Source of the DNA: Malacoraja senta
Taxonomy: Eukaryota
Reading direction: 5' to 3'
Assembly (NCBI GenBank): GCA_038087875.1
Contig: CM075992.1
Location: 2,978,001-3,042,000 of the forward strand
Length of the DNA stretch: 64,000 nucleotides
The position numbers and the translations under genes were made by a program. The notes under the pieces are model-generated. The model searched no databases, was not told the origin of the DNA, and was given only the letters and a program-made list of their open reading frames with translations. This document shows positions 13,734 through 25,805 of this stretch, one piece after another. How positions within the stretch are numbered: the stretch's first letter is position 1; the number at the start of each line of letters is the position of its first letter.

Positions 13734-14750
13734 CTGTTTAAAAAAAAACATGACTTAAAAAATAAATTTCACAGCAACAAAATCACCAAACACTGCCTGC
13801 ATTCGTTTATCAGAAAAACTTTTAATCAATACTTAACTAGCTTTGTCAGAAAATATCAAGACTGAAAAATTCAAAAACTATTCAATCTCATACCACATCT
13901 CTCATTTCTATTAATTTCTATAAAGTGAACATGATGATTATACATCCAAGTAAGACACAAAATATGTACAATTTTCGATGACTTCAAATAGAAATAATTA
14001 ATTATTGATTTTTCATCTATAATTTCACATATTTTGGCAAAAATAATCAGGCAAACTCAACGTGTTTTTACGAAAATAAAATGTGTTTGACCAAGTTTTT
14101 GGTGTTCCCTGAAGTATATATATGCCATAGAGTAATAGAGAGTCATGGAGTGATACAGTGTGGAAACAAGCCCTTTGGCCCAACTTGCCCACACCGGCCA
14201 ACATGTCCCAGCTTTAATCCCACCTGCCATCATTTAGTCCATATCCCTCCAAACCTGTCCTATCCATATACCTGTTACTTATATGTTGGGATAGTCCCAG
14301 CCTCAACTACCTCCTCTGGCAGCTTGTTCCATACACCCACCACCATTTGTGTGCTGTGGATAAAGATGCACCAGTGGAAGTACTGTACTGTGGTGAGTAT
14401 GCATTGGATAAGGTGATGCATCAAAGGTTATCGTGGACAATGGAACTGGATGGTTCTGCACTGATTCACTGAGGGAGACTAAGTTCCTGGCATGATAGGC
14501 ACTGCGATAGGTGAGAGCAGGAGTTCTCACCAGGTCCCAGCACAACAGCATATTTATAAATGCATTAATAAACCATTTAATGACAAATTCCACCAGCAGA
14601 CATCCCTGGGCATAAATACTGAGCATTAAGTAGGGTTCCAATGTACCCTTTACGTATGGGCGGTAGCATACAATACAAAGTTTTCATACCCATTGTCTGA
14701 TAAGACCAAATTACTCAGAGCTGAATATGCTGTGAATTTCTTCACTACTA

Positions 14751-15242
<492 letters not shown>

Positions 15243-16469
15243 TTAAACGATAGTATTAAAAATGCAGTTGTTTTGGCTTTAGGAATCAATTTACAGAGGT
15301 TCAAGGAGGACAATTAACCACGAGTTAGAACTCGGCCTACACAATTCTGGGCCGATAAAGGCACATAGAGAGAAATATTAATCAAGGGAACATAACACAC
15401 AAAACACATCTGTGAGCTGTAAAATGCGATTTTTGTCCTTCAAATAATCTGTTGGATACTTGGGTGTTCAGAATTTGGAGGTCACGCTGATAATTTTTAC
15501 ATGCCTGTTAAAAAACCCAAGAATCATTGAACACTTAAACCAAGAAAAATGTGTCCTTGTGTAAAAATATACGGTACGTATCATGGGTCCTGGGCGATCA
15601 TGTAGGCTAAGATGGCAGATAGTGTTACAATGAATTAATCTCATAATGAGAGGTTTCAGTAGTTTTCAATAAATCCAATCACCTTTTCAGACACAGTCCA
15701 TAAGGTATCATAAACACAGTGAACCATTCAGACTATTGCATCAGTTGCTGCTCAATGAACCACATCTTTCAGTCCTTTAAGTTTATTCTGCAAATATTTA
15801 TCTTTCTTTAAAATAAAAGATTATGGATAGAATTCCTCATAAGAGTCTTACACGTTATCATATTATCATAGAAAGACACAAAATGCTGGAGTAACTCAGT
15901 GGCACAGGCAGCTTCTGGAGTTAAGGAATGGATGACGTCTCCCGTTCGTTCCCAAACGTCACCCATTCCTTCTCTCCAGAGATGCTGCCTGTCCTGCTGA
16001 GTTATTCCAGCCTTTTGTGTCTATCTTCAGTGTAAACCAGCATCTGCAGTTCTACCCACATCATATTATCATGGAGGGGTGGGGGTGGAAGAAGGAAAGG
16101 GGATCCAGTGAGAGTGTGTGGATGATGGGCAGATGGAGTAAAGGGACAGTGGGATAGAAACAATGGTCTGTGGGATCCTTATCACCTCTGGGAATAAAAC
16201 ACATGAGTGAGAGGGGATAGACACAAAAGGCCAGAGTAACTCAGCGGAACAGGGCAGCAATTGAAGGAATGGGTGATGTTTCGGGTTGAGACCCTCTTCA
16301 GACAGAACCATCACCCATTCCATCTATCCAGAGATGCTGCCTGTTCCGCCAAGCTACGCCAGCATTTTGTGTCTATCTTCGGTGTAAACCAGCACTGCAG
16401 TTCCTTCCTACTCATGAGTGAGAGGACCAGGATACACAGGAAAAAAGTGAAAAGGACAGAGGGCAGGTA

Positions 16470-17130
16470 GGTTACCTGGAAAATGGGAGATTTCAATGTC
16501 ATGCGGTTGGGTTGTAGCCCACCCAAGCCGAATATGAGGTGCATTCTTGCATTTGGCTTTGCTCTGGCAATGGAAGAGGCTGAAGACTGCAGGTCATTAT
16601 GGGAATGGGAAATTAAGTGGCTTGAAACTGGGAGCTCCGGCTGGCCCTGGTGGACAGACTGCATCTGCTCATCGAAGAGGTTGCGCACATTGGGTCGAAC
16701 TGATATAGGAGAGAGCATATCAAGAATATTGAATGCAATGGACTAGGTTGGGTGATTCTGTCTCACCTGGATGGGCTTATTTAGGGTACACGAAAATGCT
16801 GGAGAAACTCAGTGGGTGCAGCAGCATCTATGGAGCGAAGGAGATAGGCAACTTTCAGGCCGAAACCCTATTTAGGTCCCTGAAGGGAGGTGGTCCAGGA
16901 AACAGGTGTTACACCTCTTGTGGTTGCAGTGGAAAATGCCGGTGGGATGAATGAACCAGGGATTCAGAGAGAAATCCCTGTGGAAAACGGAAAGAGATGG
17001 GGATGGGAAGATGTGACTGCCGACAGAAATGTTGAAGAATGATCGCCTGTATGCGGAGGCAGGTAGGGTGTAAGGCAAGAACTAAGTGAGAGATGGTGGT
17101 GGAGTAAGAGCAGAAGTGCAGGATTACATT
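16470..17130 (-). mobile_element. Decayed Penelope-like element fragment
   Basis: Reverse-complement similarity to the Penelope fragment at 25950-26917 (HLIFGLGGLQPNRM.. C-terminus). Confidence 0.65.
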
Positions 17131-18224
17131 TTAACACAGTAAGTGGTTAAGGGTCTGGAATACACTGCCTGGGGTGTTCAATTCAATTGGAGCGGGAGTA
17201 GTATCTGGAATGGAGAGAACGTGAGGACTATGGGAGAGAGAGGGGATGTGGAAATGGATGGATTACTCCTACATACAGCCAGTAAAGACAATGGGCCAAA
17301 TAACTAGTTCCTTTTGTAATCATTCTCTAATTCTAAGAAGCAGTCATTTCATGTACTGAATGTTATACATGGAGTTCCTCAAAAGTTGGCAAACCTGATC
17401 AAACAATGTTCCACATGACAACACCCTCTCACTTTCAAACTCATGCTCTGAAGAAAGGATATTTATCTCAGTAATAGTTAACCTCAAAATGGACCTTTTA
17501 TTGGTGCTCCAAAATAGCCTTAAAAGTTGATGACCCAGGATAATCTGCATGGATCCAATCTGACATGGTAAATGTGGCTTTTCGTATGCTTAACAACCAA
17601 ATACAACAAGGTATGCAAAACACTACAACATCTGTTTGAATGCATCCTTCCGTATCACGAGCTATTGAATGACTAGCTTTTGAGCCAGCACACAAGCATT
17701 TATACTCTCTCAAGAACAGACATCATTCTCCAATATCTCTTCAATCTTCTGACCCACAACTCCCATCTCCTGCTCCTTTGACCCTATTCTGTCCAAAATG
17801 CTGACAAACAAACTTCGCATCCTGGCTTTCCAGACTCCTGTTATTGTCAGCAGACACTACCCCCCCCTCACAGAGCATCCCCGTTTCCTTGAAATCTGCT
17901 ATCATCATTCTGTTAAAAGTAAAAAAAAATCCTCACCTAGGTCATATTGGCAAACTGCCAAAACTTCTTCAGAATCCTTCAATATGTTAGAGCCTCCCAT
18001 CCTGGGACAGTTTTCCACAACCTACTCTTTTACTCCTTTTCCCACAATACCTGAAAGTCAACCTGACATGTTGTGATGATAACAAAGGGTTTCTACACCT
18101 ATCACTGCCTCGTCATCAATCTGCCAGGAGCCTTCGACACCAATGATCACACCATGCTCCTCAAACTTCTCTCCACTATCATCCAATTGTGTGGGATCAC
18201 CTGCCTGAATCTAGTCGCCATCTA

Positions 18225-18526
18225 GGGCAGCACGGTGGCACAGCGGTAGAATTGCTGCCTTACAGCGCTCGAGACCCGGGTTCAATCCCGACTATGGGTG
18301 CTGTCTGTACGGAGTTGGTACGTTTTCCCCGTGACTGCGTGGGTTTGCTCCGAGATCTTCGTTTTCCTCCGACACTCCAAAAACGTACAGGTTTGTAGGT
18401 TAATTGGCTTGGTATAAATGTAAATTGTCCCTAATGTGTAAGATAATGTTAATGTGCGGGGATCGCTGGTTGGTGCGGACTCGGTGGGCCGAAGGGCCTG
18501 TTTCCGCGCTGAATCTCTAAACTAAA
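18225..18526 (+). mobile_element. tRNA-derived V-SINE (HE1-type), near full length
   Basis: gggcagcacggtggcacagcggtag...gggttcaatcccg head, V-domain, CR1-type tail. Confidence 0.88.
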
Positions 18527-19039
18527 ATTGTTATTTATTCAACGATGGTCCAACAACAATCTGTTAACAACCTTTCTTCCCATAACCCACAATCATATTC
18601 CAAATAATGTCAGTTGCTTCCTCCTATTTTCCAACTACATCCAAATCTCAGCAATATGATCGAAAAACTATAGTCACATATGCCGACAATACCCAGGTCT
18701 ATTTAACCATAATTTTCAGTTGTGATGGGAGATTTTCAGTATGAAACAGTAGCCATTTCTTCCTCCAAAGGTTCTGCCTTTCAACATTTGTGTTATCACC
18801 TCACCACAACCACTCCTCCACTATCTCTAAACTATCCTGTCTCTAATTAAAATGTTCTTGAAAATAATGATCAGGAAGGCCAAAGGCATTTCTTTGGTCC
18901 CTTTTACCATTTCCATTCCCTATTTCAAAGTGTCATTCCGCTCTCAAACACCCTTTTGTTATGGACAGATGAAAGAGATAAGCAAAATTATCAGTAAAGA
19001 TATACTGTGTTTGCACAGTATTGAAAATAGTAACAGGAC

Positions 19040-19900
19040 TGAAAATCGATTAATTCCCAGGACCCGATGACCTGTTTCCTAAGATTTAGAAATGAAAGGC
19101 TGTAGAGATAGTGAATGTATTGGTTGTCATTTTTTCAAAAATGCATATACTGTTGAACAGGACCCAGAGATTGTAAAGTAAGCAGACATAACCTCAATGT
19201 TGAAAGGTAGAAGATAGAAAACTATGGAAAACCATGTCATATGTCAGTACACATTATAATCTATTATTGAGGTGGCAACATGTTTCTTAGAAAATATTAA
19301 TAGGATTGGGTAGAGTAATCATGGAGCTATGAAAGAGCAATCAGGTTTCACAAATTTGTTAAGGGTTGTTTGAAGTTGTAACTGGCAAATTAGGTAAGGT
19401 AGCTAGCATGAGTGGACAAGCCATATTTGTGCTTTCCAAAGACTGATAAGAATTGTACAAAATTGGAGCAGTGGGATAAGTAATAATACACTGGCATGGA
19501 TTATGGATGGATCCATCTCCTCAAGGTATGCCTACTTTGAAGAAGTTGTGCTCCTCTCTCTGGTGGGAGCTCTGTGAGACCCTCTCTCACTGCTCCCCCA
19601 CTGTGATTCCTGCTGTCTTCCAGAGTCTGAAGAAGGGTGCCAACCTGATATGTTGCCTACCCATGTTAGACAATACCTAGGGATACTGCTGAACCCACCG
19701 AGTTACTTTAGCATTTTGTGGCTTTCCATAAAATAAACAGGTAGTTATCAGATTGGGAGGCGGTGGGATCCCAGCTGTTCACAACTTACATCAATGAATT
19801 GGGTGAAGGAACTAAAAATAGTATATCCATGTGGGTGGATAGAAAGTGGTGGCGTCAGTAAGGATGCAGACACTCTTCAGGGGAATGTAGACAGGTTAAG
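19040..19900 (+). mobile_element. Heavily decayed CR1 ORF2 (RT) fragment
   Basis: Ordered degenerate remnants of PGPD, DWK.A, QHG, TNLL and FQK motifs with many frameshifts. Confidence 0.6.
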
Positions 19901-20415
19901 TTTAACACCTTACCTCTTTTGAGCAAGCCCTTGTGCACCTACCCTAATATCTCCTTGACCATTCTAACACAGTGGGTGCTTTTGCTACTTTCAAGATATG
20001 TTCTATCTTTAAAACTTCTGCAGAACGTTACTCCCGGAGTGGGATCAGTCCAAATACTGGTCGGTGTAGATCTTTGTTGGGGGTTTAAGACAGGAATTTT
20101 AACTTTTGCTTCTTGGGACAGCTGTGCAACTAAAATTTCCACAGCACCCGGTGGGCTGCACAGTTATTTCCAAATGAATGGAGACGGGGATGAATGTGGA
20201 TCCAACCCTCATGAAGTACTTGACCCCTGGCTGGTTGAGGGGAGCCGTGGTCAGAGCATCTTGCCCTTGTCCCCCCCCACCCCAAAGGCAGACGACGCGG
20301 GGCTCCAGAGTTTATCCCCCCCCCCCCCAATATGACGAGGAGCCAGCGACTAGGCCGGAGTGCTGAGGGTGCAGTAGGAGGAGGAGGAGATCTCTCTCTC
20401 TTTCTCCTCACTTAC

Positions 20416-20466
20416 CTTGTCGGCGAGGTCCTCGGCGGTCCCCATCATGTCGGTCGGAGCCGCCAT
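20416..20466 (-). CDS. SURF4: SURF4-family protein, exon 1 (coding part)
   Basis: gacATGG start context; MAAPTDMMGTAEDLADK then AAG|gtaagt donor; resembles the vertebrate SURF4 N-terminus (DLMGTAEDFADQ); 51 nt, phase 0. Confidence 0.93.
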
Positions 20467-20495
20467 GTCTGCCTGTCGTTCGTTCGCCCGCCCTG

Positions 20496-20529
<34 letters not shown>

Positions 20530-20530
<1 letters not shown>

Positions 20531-20660
20531 CGCTCGTGAAGGGGCGGGGACGAGGGGGGGGGGGGGGGCCGAGGCGCGCGCCCGCGTGGGCGGGGCTTCG
20601 CACCCAATGCCACGTCAGTGGAGGGGAGCGCGGGCGGGCGCGCGCGCCGGGGGGCAGGTG
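20530..20660 (-). promoter_or_regulatory. CpG-rich proximal promoter of the SURF4-like gene (GC boxes, CCAAT, TGACGTGG)
   Basis: GGGCGGGG boxes at ~20542-20549 and 20588-20595; CCAAT 20604-20608; CCACGTCA 20610-20617; high CpG density just upstream of exon 1. Confidence 0.7.
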
Positions 20661-20671
20661 GGGGGGAGGGA

Positions 20672-21110
20672 AAGGACACACGCGCGCACGCGCCTTGACA
20701 GTAGGGATAGCGGACCCAATAGAGCAAATGTGACAGGGCTGAAGGTGGGGGGGGAGGGGAAGGACACACGCGCGCACGCGCCTTGACAGTAGGGATAGCG
20801 GACCCAATAGAGCAAATGTGACAGGGCTGAAGGTGGGGGGGGGGGGGGGGGGGAGGGGAAGGACACACGCGCGCGCGCGCCTTGACAGTAGGGATAGCGG
20901 ACCCAATAGAGCAAATGTGACAGGGCTGAAGGTAGGGGGGGGGGGGGGGGGGGGGGAGGACACACGCGCGCGCGCGCCTTGACAGTAGGGATAGCGGACC
21001 CAATAGAGCAAATGTGACAGGGCTGAAGGTAGTGGAAGGACACACGCGCGCGCGTGTGCGCCTTGACGGAAGGGAAAGCGGACCCAATAGAGCAAATATG
21101 ACAGGGCTGG
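20672..21110. repeat. Minisatellite, 5 copies of an ~80-100 bp unit with variable poly-G spacer
   Basis: Unit ggacacacgcgcgc..gccttgacagtagggatagcggacccaatagagcaaatgtgacagggctgaaggt(G)n starting at ~20674, 20762, 20861, 20958 and 21038. Confidence 0.95.
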
Positions 21111-21167
21111 GAGAAGGAAGGGGGGGGGGGATCAAAGCGGACGCAAAAGAGAGAGATATTATCACTT

Positions 21168-21395
21168 TTTCTCACAGAGAGGAGTGGTGAGTCTGCCTCA
21201 GAGGGCGGTGGAGGCAGGTTCTCTGGATACTTCCAAGAGAGAGCTAGATAGGGCTTAAAATAGCGGAGTCAGGGGGATATGGGGGAGAGGCAGGAACGGG
21301 GTACTGATTGGGGATGATCAGCCATGATCACATTGAATGGCGGTGCTGGCTTGAAGGGCCGAATGACCTACTCCTGCACCTATGCTATTGTCTAT
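21168..21395 (+). mobile_element. CR1 LINE 3' end
   Basis: cagagggcggtggaggcaggttctctgg...gatcagccatgatcacattgaatggcggtgctgg..ctattgtcta tail. Confidence 0.85.
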
Positions 21396-22111
21396 TTACG
21401 CGGGGGGGCCAGTGGACAGACGGGAAAGCGGACCCGATAGAACAAACGTGACAGGGCTGGAGGGGGGGGATTAAAGCGGACGAAAAGGAGAGAGAGACAT
21501 GCATTGTGTGTTAATGTTTTATTGTTAATGTTTTATGTATCATTTTTAATTGTCACTGTATGTCAAGTTCTCACTTGTGGGCCAGAGCACCAAGGCAAAT
21601 TCCTTGTATGTGAAAACTTGGCCAAGTAAACTTAAATTTACTTACTTACTCTACTTGTCCCTTTTACACGCGGGGATTGGGCGGGAGGAGGGGAGAAAAA
21701 GCCAAGATGCTGCCTGTCCCGCTGAGTTTATTCAAGCAGTTTGTGTCTATCTTTGGTGCAAAACCAGCATTAGCGGTTCCTGAGAGCGACACTGCCCATC
21801 ACAGGCGGGGGCTGAATAGACGGGCTGAATCACCTAGTCCTTTTCTCCAGAGATGTTGCGCGCTGCCCTGATGCTGCTGAGTTACTCCAGCACTTTGTGT
21901 CCCCAATAGGTGGGCTGACTTGGGATCAAAAAGAATAAATCAAAGCGGACGTGAAAGAAGGAGATGTCCCAAGAGGGTCGGGCTGTTTAGGGGGGGGGGA
22001 AGCTGACCTGATAGAGAACATGGATAGGCGACGGTTATTGGTGGGGACCCCCTGTTTCTACCAATGTAGAAAGAAAGCAAAGCAACGGACACGGACTGAA
22101 TGGGAGGGAAA

Positions 22112-22240
22112 GCGGACGCAATAGAGAAAGAAATGCGGACGCAATAGAGAAAGAAATGCGGACGCAATAGAGAAAGAAATGCGGACGCAATAGAGAAAGA
22201 AATTCGGACGCAATAGGGAAAGAAGTGCGGACGCAATAGA
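22112..22240. repeat. Tandem repeat, ~6 x 23 bp (gcggacgcaatagagaaagaaat)
   Basis: Unit starts at 22112, 22135, 22158, 22181, 22204 and 22227; no unique spacers. Confidence 0.95.
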
Positions 22241-22429
22241 AAGTAAAGTCACAAAGTAACTCCGCTGGTAGCATCTCTGGAGAGAAGGAATGTGTGGGTT
22301 AGGGTGGGAGGGAAAGCGGTCCCACTTGGGTGCATATGATCATATGATCTTTGCTTGGGAGGAGGAGGAAGGATTTGTGTGTAGGAAGGAACTACACACT
22401 TTGGTTACAATACAAAGATGTTTGGTCTC

Positions 22430-22637
22430 AGAAGGAACTGCAGATGCTGGAAAATCGAAGGTAGACAAAAATGCTGGAGAAACTCAGCGGGTTGCAGCAG
22501 CATCTCTATGGAGCGAAGGAAAAAGGCAACGTTTCGGGCCGAAGTCTGAAGAAGGGTTTCGGCCCGAAACGTTGCCTATTTCCTTCCCTCCATAGATGTT
22601 GCCGCACCCGCTGTTTCTCCAGCACTTTTGTCTACCA
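22430..22637. mobile_element. Inverted pair of Penelope-derived terminal repeats
   Basis: Minus copy (gaaggaactgcagatgctgg...) abuts plus copy (gtctgaagaagggtttcggcccgaaacgttgcctatttcc...); same sequence as the 3' end of the Penelope fragment at 26790-26917. Confidence 0.75.
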
Positions 22638-24204
22638 AAGATATTTGGTTTACAACGACGATAGAATAGATACAAAAATTGCTGGAGTAACTCAGCGGGT
22701 CATGAAAGGAATAGGCGACGTTTCAGGTCGGGACCCTTCTTCAGACTTCAGGATTTGCCCGAGAAACGGAGAGAAATCAAAGCGGCCGCCAAAAGGGGAC
22801 GGGGTGTCCAATGATTTGCAATGGACTTGGGTAATGCGGGCACGGCGCAAGCGGGGAGCGCGCGTTGGGGGGCGGGAGCGCGCATTGCTCGGCACTCGTC
22901 CCCCTTCGGGGACCGTTGGGAGATTAACACGTGGCGTAGCTTGAGGCCAGTCTAAAGCTGAGCCAAGTCAATGTGGCTTTACCTCTGGCACACACCGTCA
23001 TTCCCGTCCTGGCCCCAAAGCATATTCCCAGCTGTTTTTCTACAATGTGGTTACTTTTTGCAATATCAGAAGACTCAGGAATCAATGTGTATCGAGGAAG
23101 CTACCACAATAAATCTATCCACTAAGGGATATTGGGAAACTAGGGTGTACACCGACGCTACTACTTCCTTAGAAGGCTTAGGAAGCATGTCCCCAACAAC
23201 TCTGACCAACTTCTATCTTATCAAAATGCATCAAAGCTTGGTTTGGGAACATCCAAGACCCGAAGAAATTGCAACGAATTGTGGACGCAGCCCAAACCAT
23301 CACACAAACCATCCTCCCTTCCATTGACTCAATTTGTACCTCACGATGCCTGGGCAAGGCCAGCAGCACAATCGAGCCAGGAAGTCGTACCCTGGCCACT
23401 CCCTTCCCTCTCCCATCAGGCAAAAGGTGTGGGTGTGAAAATGCACACCTCCAGAAGGTACATTCGTCTCTTTGTGGGACGGGTGGATTAGTTCTTTCTT
23501 TAGTCCTACTCAAGCTTTGTCCCATTCCAGACAGCAGGAGCGTGTGCTGACAGGTGGACAGGGTCCTTCCTCTGCTCGGCATTTAAGGGCTGAGTCTGAT
23601 ATCCTTTCCCTCAAACAAGGGAAAGGATATCACCCGGGGAGCACATGGCTGGCAAGTTTATTTAAAGATTGCTATAAAGAAGTGTCCCAACCTGAAATGT
23701 CATCTATCCATGGGATGCTGCCTGACCTGCTGAGTTACTCCAGCATTTTGTGCCTTTTTTTTTGTAATCCAGCATCTGCAGTTTCTTGTATCCTGGTGTG
23801 AACATTACTGAGTGCGACACTGGGAATGTATGAAGAGTTTTTGCATACTTTTGTTTATTTATATATTCGTTATTTTGAATAAATTAAATTTTAATAGCTC
23901 CCTCCCTCCTCCCCTTGTCCAATGCATTCTTGACTAGAACTCAACCAGTTAATTAATTATTTTGCCGATTCCCACTCTGCCCTAGTTTTGCATTTCCCTG
24001 AGACAGATAAGATCTGACTACGAACCGAAAACAAGGCAAGAAAAAAGACCAATCAGCCTCTTGAGCCCTCTTGAGCCTGCTTTCATGTTAAATGAGAGAT
24101 AATGACTGATCCAATTGTAGCCATACCCCACTTTCTCATACTCTCCCCATACCCCTTGACCACATTGTAGTTCAAATATCTGCCACTTCCGATATTCATC
24201 AAAG

Positions 24205-24850
24205 AAAGCAAACACAATGCTGGCATTTATCTCAAGAGGGCTTGTATACAAAAACAGGGATATATGTTGAGTCTCAATAAGGTGCTGGTAAGGTCGCATT
24301 TGGAATATTGTGAGCAATTTTGGGCACCATACCTGAGGAAGAATGTGCTGGCTCTGGAGAGAGTCCAGAGGAGGTTTACAAAAATGACCACAGGAATGAG
24401 TAGGTTAACCTATGATGACCATTTGTCGGCACTGGGCCTGTACTCGCTGGAGTTTAGAAGAATGAGGGGGGACCTCATTGAAAACATACAGAATAGTGAA
24501 AGGCTTGGATAGAGTGGATGTGGAGAGGATGTTTCTACTAGTGGGAGAGTCCAGGATGAGAGGTCATAGCCTCAGAATTAAAGGAGGTTCTTTAGGAAAT
24601 AGATGAGGAGAAATGTCTTTAGTCAGAGGGTGAATATGTGGAATTCTTTACCACAGAAGGCTGTGGAGGCCAAGAAAGTGAATATATTTAAGGCAGAGAT
24701 AGATAGATTCTTGATTAGTACGGGTGTCAGAGGTTATGGGGAGAAGGCAGGAGAATGGGGGTTCGGAGGGAGGAATAGATCTGCCATGATTGAATGGTGG
24801 AGTAGACTTGATGGGCCGAATGGCCTAATTCTACTCCTATCACTTATGAC
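24205..24850 (+). mobile_element. CR1 LINE 3' fragment
   Basis: LVRSHLEYCEQFWAPYLRKNVLALERVQRRFTKM...LEFRRMRGDLIE and NMWNSLPQKAVEA peptides. Confidence 0.9.
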
Positions 24851-25805
24851 CTTATCCCACTTCTGCAGCTCACTGGGGTGAAGAAATTCAACAATTCGCG
24901 AGCTGAATTTGTCGAGCCAGCTGACATGTTCTGTGTGATCAAGTCCATTTCAGATGTGGATTCTGATAAAAACATTTGCATTTGGGTGGGGCAGTGGTGA
25001 GATCTATCCAAGTTCAGGTAATTTGCTTAGATCTGTACCATGTTAATCGTTACAGATTATTTTTTCCATCCTTTGCAAGTTATTCCGGCTTGGCTGGAAC
25101 GGGTAAAGAACATGTTCTAAGTACTCGAGCATGGTTTGAATTCAGATTGGTTGGGGGTCAGGTCAGATTTTAATCTTATGCTTGAAGAGATTTGCCATTG
25201 AAGTGGCCCAGGAAACAGCTGAAATCAGCACTTAAAGAAGGTATTGTCCTTGGAGAATAAATTAAAACTAACGTCAAAGGATTTCTCCAGATTGCTTCTT
25301 GATCAGCAAGGGTGTCAAAGGTTATGGGGAGAAAGCAGGAGAATTGGGGTGCGAGTGGAAAATAAATCAGCCATGATCGAATGGTGGTGCAGACTTGGGC
25401 TTAATGTCTGCTCTTATGTCTCATGGTCTTATTTGAAAGCTGAAGTTTCTGTTTGAGATCATTTATCAGTTTGGCAGGAGCAGTATTGGTTTTTTGGTGC
25501 TTTTCCTGTTAATGAGTTGTGGGCTACCTGCATTAGTTCCTCAGGCTGAGGTAAGCGCAGCGCTTCCACAGGAGATCCCATTCTATTTATTCATGGGCGT
25601 GTTACGTGCGTGAAGTAATTGGAGATGAGCAACGAGCCAAGACAGATCCATAAATCTCTTGCTACTGATTAACTTATCCAGACTGCACGGGCAGAGAGCA
25701 ACAAGCATAATTACACGAGGAGACACTACCCCACAATTCGCATTTATGTAAAAAAAAAGATGTGCAACCTATTTCTGGACTGTTAAACAATTTAATGAAT
25801 CCCTT

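Noticed and set aside
18225..18300. tRNA gene
   Set aside because: tRNA-like head runs straight into the V-domain and LINE tail; it is a SINE, as are the other copies
19914..20240. Possible alternative SURF4 exon (GAG|gtaagg donor at 19914/19913, minus strand)
   Set aside because: No convincing acceptor or start and no recognisable peptide; a lone donor is not enough evidence
20350..21175. Long ORFs of 186-271 aa over the promoter
   Set aside because: Read-through of a GC-rich minisatellite; only the MAAPTD..ADK segment is real (SURF4 exon 1)
20672..22240. CRISPR-like regular repeats
   Set aside because: Head-to-tail tandem units without unique spacers, no cas genes, vertebrate context
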